Below, in pieces: positions 19,517-27,837 of a DNA stretch of 64,000 bases (positions are counted from its first letter, which is position 1; every line of letters begins with the position of its first letter). Location of the stretch: contig JBFWNL010000002.1 in the NCBI GenBank assembly GCA_050251055.1, forward strand, positions 320,001 to 384,000, given 5' to 3'. Source of the DNA: Bacteriovoracia bacterium (lineage in GTDB: Bacteria > Bdellovibrionota > UBA1018 > JBFWNL01). The notes beneath the pieces are model-generated. The model was not told where the DNA came from. It saw nothing but the letters and a program-made list of their open reading frames with translations, and did no database searches. The translations under genes and the position numbers were made by a program.

Positions 19517-20803
19517 ATGAAACCCATCCGACTCGTGCTCGCGGCGACCATCGCCGCAACGTTCAGTGTTCCCGCGCAAGCCAACTACGCGTTGCATGCG
19601 TGGGAAGATCACTTTCCCCAAGATTACGCTCCGAAGGGCCGGCTCACCCTACACCCCCGACTGTATTACTACTTCACGTCGACAAATTTCGACACCGACG
19701 CCGCTACGTTTGTTTCGGCCTTGGAAAATTACAACCGCCTGCAGATCGACGTCGATCTCAATTACGGCTTAGGGGAAAATTGGGTGATCTACGCGCGGCC
19801 CGGCTGGGCACGAGTGCAGGTCAATCACCCCACTTTGGGCGGGGCGGGTTACGGTCTGCCCGACCAGGGAGTGGGCACGGCCTATCGGGTGATGCGCAAC
19901 GCAAGCGGGCTCGCCATCGATCTACAACTACAGATAGAAATTCCGGCCTACAGCAATACGACTTCGACGACCAACCAAACTCCTTTCCTGGGGGACGGTA
20001 GCCTCGACATTACCGGCGGCGGATTCGTCGCGATTCCGTTCCGCTCCCCCTTCACGCAAACGGCCAGCCTCATCGGCGGCGCGGGATACACTTGGCGATC
20101 CAAGCAGTTTTCCGCGTCGATCCCCTGGTCGGTGGATCTACGCTTTATGAATCCCATGAAGGGGTGGGAATTCGCCGCCGCCGCGCTCGGCCAGTTCTCA
20201 CTCTCTACCGATCCCACGACTTCCTACGGCGTCGGCGAGCGCGTGCTCACGGGGGGCGGCGGAAGCTACGCCAGCCACGCGATCAACCCTTCCCTGCTCA
20301 GCTTCCGCGGCCAGGTCGGCTACCGGGCGAGCCCGAAGACCGCCTACCAGGTCGATTTCACCCAGGTCGTCTGGGGCAAGAATGCGGCAAAAGCCTGGAC
20401 GATCACCGCGGGCGTGGATCTGCGCTTCGGGGGCGGTGACGCGCCCACGGCGGCCGAGGCCGAAACGACCGATGCCCTAGATACCCGCGAGCCCCATGAA
20501 AAGGCACCCGCCGAGTACGCCAAAAGCAATCAAGGCTTCGTCACCTACGCGATGGAGGCACATGTCACCCGCGTAAACGACCGACTCAACCTGATCAAGA
20601 TCAACAAAGGGTCCGACGCCGGCCTGAAGGTTGGCGACAAGCTTGACGTATTCAGCACTAAGAACGATGGCAGCGCGGTGAGCGCTATCGCCCGCGCCCA
20701 GGTAACGAGCACCAAGGAAAACGAAGCCGCCCTGCGCGTGATCGAATATTTTCGGGAAGTTTGGATAGAAACCGGCTTTATCGTGAAGAAGCCGCTCGAC
20801 TAG
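19517..20803 (+). CDS. Probable outer-membrane beta-barrel fused to a small C-terminal beta domain (FlgT_C-like)
   Basis: Signal peptide; amphipathic strands ending VDLRF; acidic linker; IKINKGSDAGLKVGDKLDVF. Confidence 0.6.
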   Translation: MKPIRLVLAATIAATFSVPAQANYALHAWEDHFPQDYAPKGRLTLHPRLYYYFTSTNFDTDAATFVSALENYNRLQIDVDLNYGLGENWVIYARPGWARVQVNHPTLGGAGYGLPDQGVGTAYRVMRNASGLAIDLQLQIEIPAYSNTTSTTNQTPFLGDGSLDITGGGFVAIPFRSPFTQTASLIGGAGYTWRSKQFSASIPWSVDLRFMNPMKGWEFAAAALGQFSLSTDPTTSYGVGERVLTGGGGSYASHAINPSLLSFRGQVGYRASPKTAYQVDFTQVVWGKNAAKAWTITAGVDLRFGGGDAPTAAEAETTDALDTREPHEKAPAEYAKSNQGFVTYAMEAHVTRVNDRLNLIKINKGSDAGLKVGDKLDVFSTKNDGSAVSAIARAQVTSTKENEAALRVIEYFREVWIETGFIVKKPLD

Positions 20804-20839
20804 ATCGTTGGGTAGTCGGTTTGGAGAAAGGAAGCTCGC

Positions 20840-21577
20840 ATGATTCGTAACCGTTTAGCCTCGGCCACCGCCCTGCTGGGAGTTCTATTTTTCGCGGCCA
20901 CGCCCACCGCGTACGCGGTGAAGTTCGCAAACCAGTTCGTCGAGTTCGAGATGCCCCCGCGCTGGGCGTGCAACCTCGAAGGCGCCGAATGGGTGTGCCA
21001 GAGCTCCGATGCCGACAAAAAGCGGGACGCGATCATCATCCTCGCCGCCAAGATGAAGGGCGATCAAGACAGCGTCGAAGCCTACCTCGCCTATCTGAAA
21101 CAACCGAAAGTCTACACCAGCCTGCGGGGCAAGACCGTGAAGTCGGAAGTTCGTTTCGCCGAATCCAAGATGATCAACGACCACATGTGGGTGGATTCGC
21201 TGCACCTGGAGTCCGAGATTCCAGGCTTTTTTACGCGCTACATGGCCACCACCAAAAACGACATCGGGGCGCTCGTCACCTACTCCATCAACAAGGACAA
21301 ATATTCGCTCTACGTGAACGACTTCGACGCTATGGTGAAAACGCTGCGCGTATTCCGCAAGACGGGCGGACTGAACGCCAAGCCGGCGGAGGGCAATCTT
21401 TTCGACTTAGGCTCCACCATCCCGAGCAAGATTTCCGACAGCAGCGTGTTCAGTGCCGCGGACGACGACGAGCCGAAGGCGAAACCCAAAAAAGAAGACG
21501 ACACGTTCTTCTACCTCATCATCGGTCTCGTTGCGGTAGTGGGGTTTATCATCTGGCGCCGCCGACAGCAGATGTAA
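20840..21577 (+). CDS. Exported protein with C-terminal membrane anchor
   Basis: Signal peptide ending AYA; C-terminal FFYLIIGLVAVVGFIIW followed by RRR. Confidence 0.75.
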   Translation: MIRNRLASATALLGVLFFAATPTAYAVKFANQFVEFEMPPRWACNLEGAEWVCQSSDADKKRDAIIILAAKMKGDQDSVEAYLAYLKQPKVYTSLRGKTVKSEVRFAESKMINDHMWVDSLHLESEIPGFFTRYMATTKNDIGALVTYSINKDKYSLYVNDFDAMVKTLRVFRKTGGLNAKPAEGNLFDLGSTIPSKISDSSVFSAADDDEPKAKPKKEDDTFFYLIIGLVAVVGFIIWRRRQQM

Positions 21578-22731
21578 AGCGCCGCGCCCTCACTGCGCTG
21601 ATCGCCACGCTCGCATTCACCTCGCCGGGGTGCGGAAAATCTCCCCCGGATGCGTTTTCTACGCGAGCAAACGCCATCTGGGAAAAACTGGCCCGCTCAC
21701 GCTTGCAGGAGGTCTCCGAACTCTACACCCAGCTGCAGGAGAAGGTTCGTAGGGCGGCGGAGAGCCTCGGAGCGGAAAAGCCCGCTTCGGCTTCACCGCA
21801 AGATCTGACCGCCGAAAACCGTTACGGAAATCTGCCCGTGATTTTCGTGGACATCGGGCAGGGCGCCGTCTTCCCCAAGCCCATCCAACCCCCCCAGCGC
21901 TACTCCTGGTACGAGGTCTATCGACGCCTCGGCATGCACCGGGAGCATCTTCGCCAGTTTTCGACGGCGCTGGAACAGGCCGGAGCCAACCCCGCCCGTT
22001 TCCCGCGCTTACTCTCCGGCTGGGCGCAGCTCAGCGCGGAGCTGACCACGATTAGCCAATACATCCGCTACCTGAAAACCTGGTACGACAAACCCAACCT
22101 TTTGGCCGACCCCCTTCCTATGGACTCGCGTGCGGACGCGGACTGGACCGAGCTGCGTGAACGACTGAAACCTCGACGCGTGCATCAACCGGCTTACCTG
22201 CCTTCCACGTTGCCCAGCCTGCTGACTCATTCCGCGGGGTATCTGCAAAACCGCCCCCTTCAAACCATTCCGATCTCGATTGGCACCGACGTCGAGGACG
22301 CCCACTTTCTGCGGGACTTTGGCTACGCCGTTGATATGCACTGGAACCAATCTCCCTGGGCGCGGGCCCAACGCGTCCGTTTCGAAATACGCTGGCGGAG
22401 AATCGCGAAGAACCGCGCTTTTACCGAAGGCCGCGAAGATCTCGTGGCACACCTAGCGCGCCTGGAAGCTCATCCCAAACCCATCGTCACCACCGGCGCG
22501 CTCGCGACTTACGTGCGCGACGAAATCCTGGTACTGGGCTCGGGCCGCATCACTCCTCGCACGCTCGCGCACGAGTTCGGCCACCTCTTGGGTTTCGCCG
22601 ATTGCTACGTGCGCACCCTAGCTGGGGAAGGCATATACGGAGTGGCGATATTGGAATGGGACAACCCCATCTACCCGGACGACCTGATGTGCGACGACCA
22701 CGTCGGCGTCGCTTACTCGGAAGTCTGGTAA
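21553..22731 (+). CDS. Putative lipoprotein zinc metallopeptidase; start codon uncertain
   Basis: KRRALTALIATLAFTSPG-C signal; LAHEFGHLLGFAD; DDLM Met-turn-like; no ATG/GTG/TTG close before the signal peptide. Confidence 0.65.
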   Translation: MAPPTADVKRRALTALIATLAFTSPGCGKSPPDAFSTRANAIWEKLARSRLQEVSELYTQLQEKVRRAAESLGAEKPASASPQDLTAENRYGNLPVIFVDIGQGAVFPKPIQPPQRYSWYEVYRRLGMHREHLRQFSTALEQAGANPARFPRLLSGWAQLSAELTTISQYIRYLKTWYDKPNLLADPLPMDSRADADWTELRERLKPRRVHQPAYLPSTLPSLLTHSAGYLQNRPLQTIPISIGTDVEDAHFLRDFGYAVDMHWNQSPWARAQRVRFEIRWRRIAKNRAFTEGREDLVAHLARLEAHPKPIVTTGALATYVRDEILVLGSGRITPRTLAHEFGHLLGFADCYVRTLAGEGIYGVAILEWDNPIYPDDLMCDDHVGVAYSEVW

Positions 22732-22789
22732 GCAGAATTCCAAATCACCCGCCAAAAAATCCTGTGCGGAAAAACCAGCGCATGCAATA

Positions 22790-23536
22790 ATGCAACGCAC
22801 CATGAAGCTACTCTCCCAAGTGATCCTGGGCCAAATTCTCATTTTCGGACCGCTCCCCGTACGAGCGGACATCGTCAGCACCTACCTCAACGAATATGAC
22901 TTCGTCGAATTCCGTTCACAGAATTCGACGAATTCCCGGATTCTATCCGACACTCCGGGCACGGTGACCGTACATTCACGCTGGCACCAGGAATCCCCTC
23001 CGCTTCGGGTCAGCGTGCTGACCTTGGAGAGAGAAGACAAATTCGGTCAGCTTGAAAAAATCTGCGTATCTCAGGCATACCTCCACCTTGGAGAGATCAA
23101 TGCGACAATCGAATTGAGCTTCGAAGACGGGCTTGAATTTGAAGTTCACTCAAAAAAGTTCTCGGTCGTGGCGTCCGCTCGGCGACAACACGCGGTGAAC
23201 ATCGACGGCGTCTGCGAACCCTTGTCGATCGCGACCTTTCTTGAGGCCGACGGCGCCGCAAAACTGTATTTTGGCGATCTCGGCCAGCCGAGCTACTCGG
23301 TCAACGCTCGGGGCTTTCGCTATGATTTCTTTCCATTCTCTTCCAGCGCACCGCTTGTTTTATCGGTCGACAAAACCACCGATGGAAAAAGCGGCATGCC
23401 CCAATACCGAGCACGCGACCTCGCCGAGAAACTTTTTAATCACCTGAATAGGCACGCATCTTCAGTTCGGATTTGGCAGGATGACCTACCCAAGAATGCG
23501 AGTCCACCGATCGGATCAAAGATGGAGCTTTACTGA
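22790..23536 (+). CDS. Hypothetical exported protein
   Basis: Signal-like N-terminus; fills the gap between neighbours; looks more AT-rich than flanks. Confidence 0.6.
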   Translation: MQRTMKLLSQVILGQILIFGPLPVRADIVSTYLNEYDFVEFRSQNSTNSRILSDTPGTVTVHSRWHQESPPLRVSVLTLEREDKFGQLEKICVSQAYLHLGEINATIELSFEDGLEFEVHSKKFSVVASARRQHAVNIDGVCEPLSIATFLEADGAAKLYFGDLGQPSYSVNARGFRYDFFPFSSSAPLVLSVDKTTDGKSGMPQYRARDLAEKLFNHLNRHASSVRIWQDDLPKNASPPIGSKMELY

Positions 23537-23540
23537 GGAT

Positions 23541-26207
23541 TTACCGTAAAGCCTCGATCAAGGTTTTTTGCTCCATGAGCCAGGCCCGTAACGGGCGGCT
23601 GACCTCGCGATCTTCGATCTCGTCCGGTGCCTTGCCGAATTGAGCTTCGATCTGGGAAACGAGTCGTCCGCGCAGTTGCGCGCGCTCGTCCATCATCCAG
23701 TCCGGAGCAATTCCCCAGCGAGCGGCGAGCGCCCCGACCGCAAGCTCCCGCATCCGCCGGGGGTGCCGAAAAGCCTGCACGGTCACGGAAACTTTACCAA
23801 AGGTGCCGGTGATTTTCGCGCCGCCCTCCGCATCCAATACCACGGCGGCCGCGTGCCGGGACAACACAGTCTCGACTTCGGCTGACAACTCCGGATGCTC
23901 ATAACGGACGGAAGACGCCTCGTTCTCTTCCCCCTCTTTCGCGCCCGCCTCGGGCGTGTTCGCGAGATAGCGCCACATCCGCTCATGCCACTCGAGCTCC
24001 AGGCTAGGGAAATAAAGCTCTGCTTCCGCGAGCAAGCGGCGTCGATCTGCGGGCGGAATTCGTTCCGCGTTAGCGGCGCTTTCGAGGTACTCGCGCAGGT
24101 TCGCCTGGGCCGCTTCCGCGAAGCCAGGCGCGAGCGACGCGAAGAACGCGCGATCCACTCCACCCATCTCCTTCACGTCGCGCGCCACCGCCGCGAAGCG
24201 CGCGGTTCTCACCTTTTCGGCGTACATCGCTGGAACGGGGAGCGGGAACGCGCCCGCAAATGGAAAAGCGTGCTCCACCCCGATGGAGCGAAATCCGTCC
24301 GCATCCCCCCGACGTAGCCATCCCAGGCTGTTGAGGAACGGGTCCACGAGCGACTCGAGGAGCTCCTCCGGCCGGCGCGGCTCCCCCCGCAGAGAGTCTT
24401 CCACAAACCGGTAAGGGGCCTCGAACTGGACCGCCCGAATCGCTTGGGCATTGAAGGCCAACGTGCGCGCGCCGTCGTCGTAGTCGCGGCAATCGAGATA
24501 AACCCCCATGCCCGCGTCGCTGCAGTAGGGGTCGCCGCCCTCTCGGGTCGGCTCGGAAACAAGCCCTGTATAAAGGTAACGCAACGCCCGCGTGTCGTAA
24601 CGAGGCGGGGAAAGCTGCCGCGCAATTTGGCCGCCGGTCATCACGTCGTCCGAAAACGTAAGGTAATCCATGATGGAGCTCGTGAGGATAAACCGAGAGG
24701 GATCCACGATTTCTCCGCGGCGAAGGTAAGCCGCGAAGGACTCCGCCCGCTGGGCGGAGGTCAAATTGGAAGCGAGGTTCCCCGCGAAGTTGTGGCGCAA
24801 CCCCAACGTATGCCCTACTTCGTGCGCGGCCACCGAACGCACCATGTCCTGCGAAACCCGCAGCAAGTCCGCGTCGTCAAGATCGCCCCGGGCGTGCGCG
24901 GTCAACACTTCTTCGAGGCCGGCGGCCAGCGACTCGGTGAATCCCTGCGCCTTTCGTCCGCAAAGGTGGGCGGGAGGCAGGAAACGGATACCCACCCGAT
25001 GACGTCGATCGGGACGCTCCCGCAGGATCCGCAGCAAGAGCTCGGCGCGCGTGCGCGAGTCGAAAGCGAAGACGCTCGTCATGAAAATCTGCGCATGACG
25101 GATTTCTCCCGTGCGTGGATCCATCAGGACATCCGCGTAAGCGAAGCCCGCTCGATCCCACGGAACCCATTGAATGACGTTGTAGTCGGGGTCCGGGGCG
25201 GTGACTCCCGCCGGCGCCAGCTCGACCCGCAACACGTCGCGGCCGAGGGCCTGGTTCCAGTAAGTCACGCCATCCTTCACGGCCTGCACGTACTCCGCCG
25301 GCGTGTCCGCGCTCACCGCAAAGGTGACCGGACGGCTGAGGTCCCATCGCGATACGTAAGATACGCTCTTGCCGGTGGAAGACTCAATCCGCGGCGCAAT
25401 CTCGAAAAAACCCATCCGCAACTCAGGGTTTCCCTCGAGCGGCGTGTAACGCCGACTCGGAGCATACGGCCGGAGATAATAGCGAACTTCGACCGTGCTA
25501 TAGGAAATACCGCCGCTTTCGGATTCGTCGTCGACCTCGTCCGCTTCCGCATCATCGCGGAACTGAGCGAACTGGCGCACCTCCAAGAGTCCGGAATGAA
25601 TCCGCATGCGATCCACGAAGCTATTGATTACCTCGATCGCCGCGAAGGGCCGTGAATCGCCGTAGGTCGTCTCGTCATCACGGCCGTACCAGCCCCGGCT
25701 CACGAAGACGCGTTGCATGCCTTCATTGAAATCCAGCACGTACAAATCGTCTTTCTGGGAGAGAATCGGCAGCTCGGCCAAGATCAGTTTGGCGGGCAGC
25801 CCCGGCGCAACGACGTGCCCATCGGTCGACTCGAGCATGAAGATACTCTCGCCGTAGCGACGAAAGGTGACGATCCGACCTCGTAAGCCCTCGCTCGTGG
25901 CGGCGGGAGTCTGGGGTATCAGCGAGGCGCTGAGCAGAAACTCTCGGTCCAAAGCGTCTTTACGTAAACCCAGGTAAAAGCGATCGACCTTGGCGATCGG
26001 CCCCGCCTGATCGGCGAACTCGGCGGCGAACTCGTTTTGAGAAATCACGCGGAACGAACGCGCGGGATCTGGGTCGGCCGGTTTCATCACCGCCATCGGC
26101 GCCGGCGAAGTGCACGCGGAAAATACGAGCAGGAGCAGGGCCCCACCCGCCATCGAAAGCGCGGAACGGACACCGCCCCGCTTCACGAAACGCGCCAAAA
26201 TATGCAT
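23541..26207 (-). CDS. Zinc-dependent metalloprotease lipoprotein (Met-zincin, EcxA/DUF5117-DUF4953-like)
   Basis: Lipobox VFSA-C; DPRTGEI; AHEVGHTLGLRHNF; SSIMDY Met-turn. Confidence 0.88.
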   Translation of the reverse strand: MHILARFVKRGGVRSALSMAGGALLLLVFSACTSPAPMAVMKPADPDPARSFRVISQNEFAAEFADQAGPIAKVDRFYLGLRKDALDREFLLSASLIPQTPAATSEGLRGRIVTFRRYGESIFMLESTDGHVVAPGLPAKLILAELPILSQKDDLYVLDFNEGMQRVFVSRGWYGRDDETTYGDSRPFAAIEVINSFVDRMRIHSGLLEVRQFAQFRDDAEADEVDDESESGGISYSTVEVRYYLRPYAPSRRYTPLEGNPELRMGFFEIAPRIESSTGKSVSYVSRWDLSRPVTFAVSADTPAEYVQAVKDGVTYWNQALGRDVLRVELAPAGVTAPDPDYNVIQWVPWDRAGFAYADVLMDPRTGEIRHAQIFMTSVFAFDSRTRAELLLRILRERPDRRHRVGIRFLPPAHLCGRKAQGFTESLAAGLEEVLTAHARGDLDDADLLRVSQDMVRSVAAHEVGHTLGLRHNFAGNLASNLTSAQRAESFAAYLRRGEIVDPSRFILTSSIMDYLTFSDDVMTGGQIARQLSPPRYDTRALRYLYTGLVSEPTREGGDPYCSDAGMGVYLDCRDYDDGARTLAFNAQAIRAVQFEAPYRFVEDSLRGEPRRPEELLESLVDPFLNSLGWLRRGDADGFRSIGVEHAFPFAGAFPLPVPAMYAEKVRTARFAAVARDVKEMGGVDRAFFASLAPGFAEAAQANLREYLESAANAERIPPADRRRLLAEAELYFPSLELEWHERMWRYLANTPEAGAKEGEENEASSVRYEHPELSAEVETVLSRHAAAVVLDAEGGAKITGTFGKVSVTVQAFRHPRRMRELAVGALAARWGIAPDWMMDERAQLRGRLVSQIEAQFGKAPDEIEDREVSRPLRAWLMEQKTLIEALR

Positions 26208-26313
26208 AAATTTCCCCTTGGCTCGCGGGTAGCACAAAGGAAACCCGATACCAAGAGGTAACGCGCCGGGTTGGGTCTATTCAAACTCGGTTTCAGTCAG
26301 TATATAAGGAGGA

Positions 26314-27399
26314 ATGGCGAAAAGAGCGAAGCCTGCCCCCAAAAAAACCGCTAAACCTCGAGCCGCAAAAAAAACCGCGCCCAAGCTGCGCGCCAAGCGG
26401 GTCGAGGTGTTACCGGCCGAAGGCGATGACCTAGACGAGGTGGACGCCGAGCTAACCGACGAGGATCTCGAGCCCACCATCGACGCAGGCGGTTCGAGCG
26501 ACCCTGTGAGCGAAAATAATGACGCGAGCCTCACCCAGCTTCCGGAAATTTCCAAGCGCGCGGTATCGCCCAACGATCCACTGAAGCGTTACATGGAAGA
26601 AGTACAGCGCTACGCCCTGCTGACTCCCGAGCAGGAAGCGGCGCTCGTCGGCCGCATGCTCAAGCAAGGCGACGTGAATGCCGCCAAAATGCTCGTATCG
26701 GCCAACCTACGCTTGGTCGTGAAGATCGCGTTCGAATACCGCAGCATGTACGCCAATATCCTGGATCTCATCCAGGAGGGGAACGTCGGCTTGATGAAAG
26801 CCGTTTCGAAGTTTGACCCCACGAAAGGCGCGCGCCTGGGCTACTACGCGTCGTGGTGGATTCGTTCTTACATCCTGAAGTACCTGCTCGATAACTTCCG
26901 GCTCGTGAAGGTGGGCACGACCCAGGCCCAGAAGAAACTCTTCTATCATTTGATGCGTGAGAAACAGCGGCTCGAGGCCCAAGGGATCCTGGCGGGTCCG
27001 AAGCTTTTGGCTGACCGGCTGGACGTGCGGGAAAAAGACGTGATTGAGATGGAGCAACGGCTGGGCAGCGGATCGGCCGAAATGTCGCTGGACGCCCCCA
27101 TGGACCCCGAGAGCCGCGGGGGGAGCTTCCTCGAAAAACTCACGGACGAGGCCGAAGGGGCGGATGATCGAATGGCCCACCAGGAGCTCCTGGAAGTACT
27201 CAAGCGGGAACTGCCCGTCTTGGAGGAGAAGCTCAATGACAAGGAGCTTAAAATCCTGCGGGACCGCATCCTGGCGGAAGAACCCAAAACATTACAAGAA
27301 GTTGCCGACCTATATGGTCTGACTCGCGAGCGCGTCCGGCAGATCGAAGCCGGCATCGTCCAAAAGCTCCGGCAGCTGTTAAAACCCGCCATTGAGTGA
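26314..27399 (+). CDS. rpoH: RpoH/sigma-32-family RNA polymerase sigma factor
   Basis: DLIQEGNVGLMKAV, VKVGTTQAQKKLFY (RpoH-box-like), TRERVRQIE. Confidence 0.88.
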   Translation: MAKRAKPAPKKTAKPRAAKKTAPKLRAKRVEVLPAEGDDLDEVDAELTDEDLEPTIDAGGSSDPVSENNDASLTQLPEISKRAVSPNDPLKRYMEEVQRYALLTPEQEAALVGRMLKQGDVNAAKMLVSANLRLVVKIAFEYRSMYANILDLIQEGNVGLMKAVSKFDPTKGARLGYYASWWIRSYILKYLLDNFRLVKVGTTQAQKKLFYHLMREKQRLEAQGILAGPKLLADRLDVREKDVIEMEQRLGSGSAEMSLDAPMDPESRGGSFLEKLTDEAEGADDRMAHQELLEVLKRELPVLEEKLNDKELKILRDRILAEEPKTLQEVADLYGLTRERVRQIEAGIVQKLRQLLKPAIE

Positions 27400-27505
27400 G
27401 CGGGAGGGCCCGCCAAAGCGTCCCAGATATTGAACTTTACAGCCAAAACCGACTCTGTTAGTTCCTACACATCAAAAAAAGACAAGAATCGTAATAGGAA
27501 AGCAA

Positions 27506-27784
27506 ATGGCAGGCAAAACTCAGATTAAAGAAAAGAAAGCAGCCGTCGTCGCTCAGTACGGCGGATCCGCCACCAACACCGGCAGCCCGGAAGTTCAGGT
27601 GGCACTTATCACTCAGCGTATCAACGAGCTCAACGGACACTTCAAGGCGCACGTTAAAGACCATCACTCCAAGCGCGGACTACTCCGCCTGGTCGGTCAG
27701 CGTCGTCGCTTGCTCAACTACCTCCGTAACACGGATGACAAGCGCTACAACCAAGTGGTCCAGGCTCTCGGCTTGCGCAAGTAA
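27506..27784 (+). CDS. rpsO: 30S ribosomal protein S15
   Basis: [27 protein letters not shown]. Confidence 0.98.
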   Translation: MAGKTQIKEKKAAVVAQYGGSATNTGSPEVQVALITQRINELNGHFKAHVKDHHSKRGLLRLVGQRRRLLNYLRNTDDKRYNQVVQALGLRK

Positions 27785-27837
27785 GCGCTCGTTCGCTCGC
27801 TTTGTACCTACATTCATTTTTTTAGGAGAAAATTCGT

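Noticed and set aside
20968-21552. N-terminal 195 aa of the 587-aa ORF
   Set aside because: Off-frame overlap with the well-formed gene 20840-21577; protein-like sequence begins only near 21553.
24444-25655. 403-aa ORF antisense to the Met-zincin
   Set aside because: Shadow ORF with no recognisable features.
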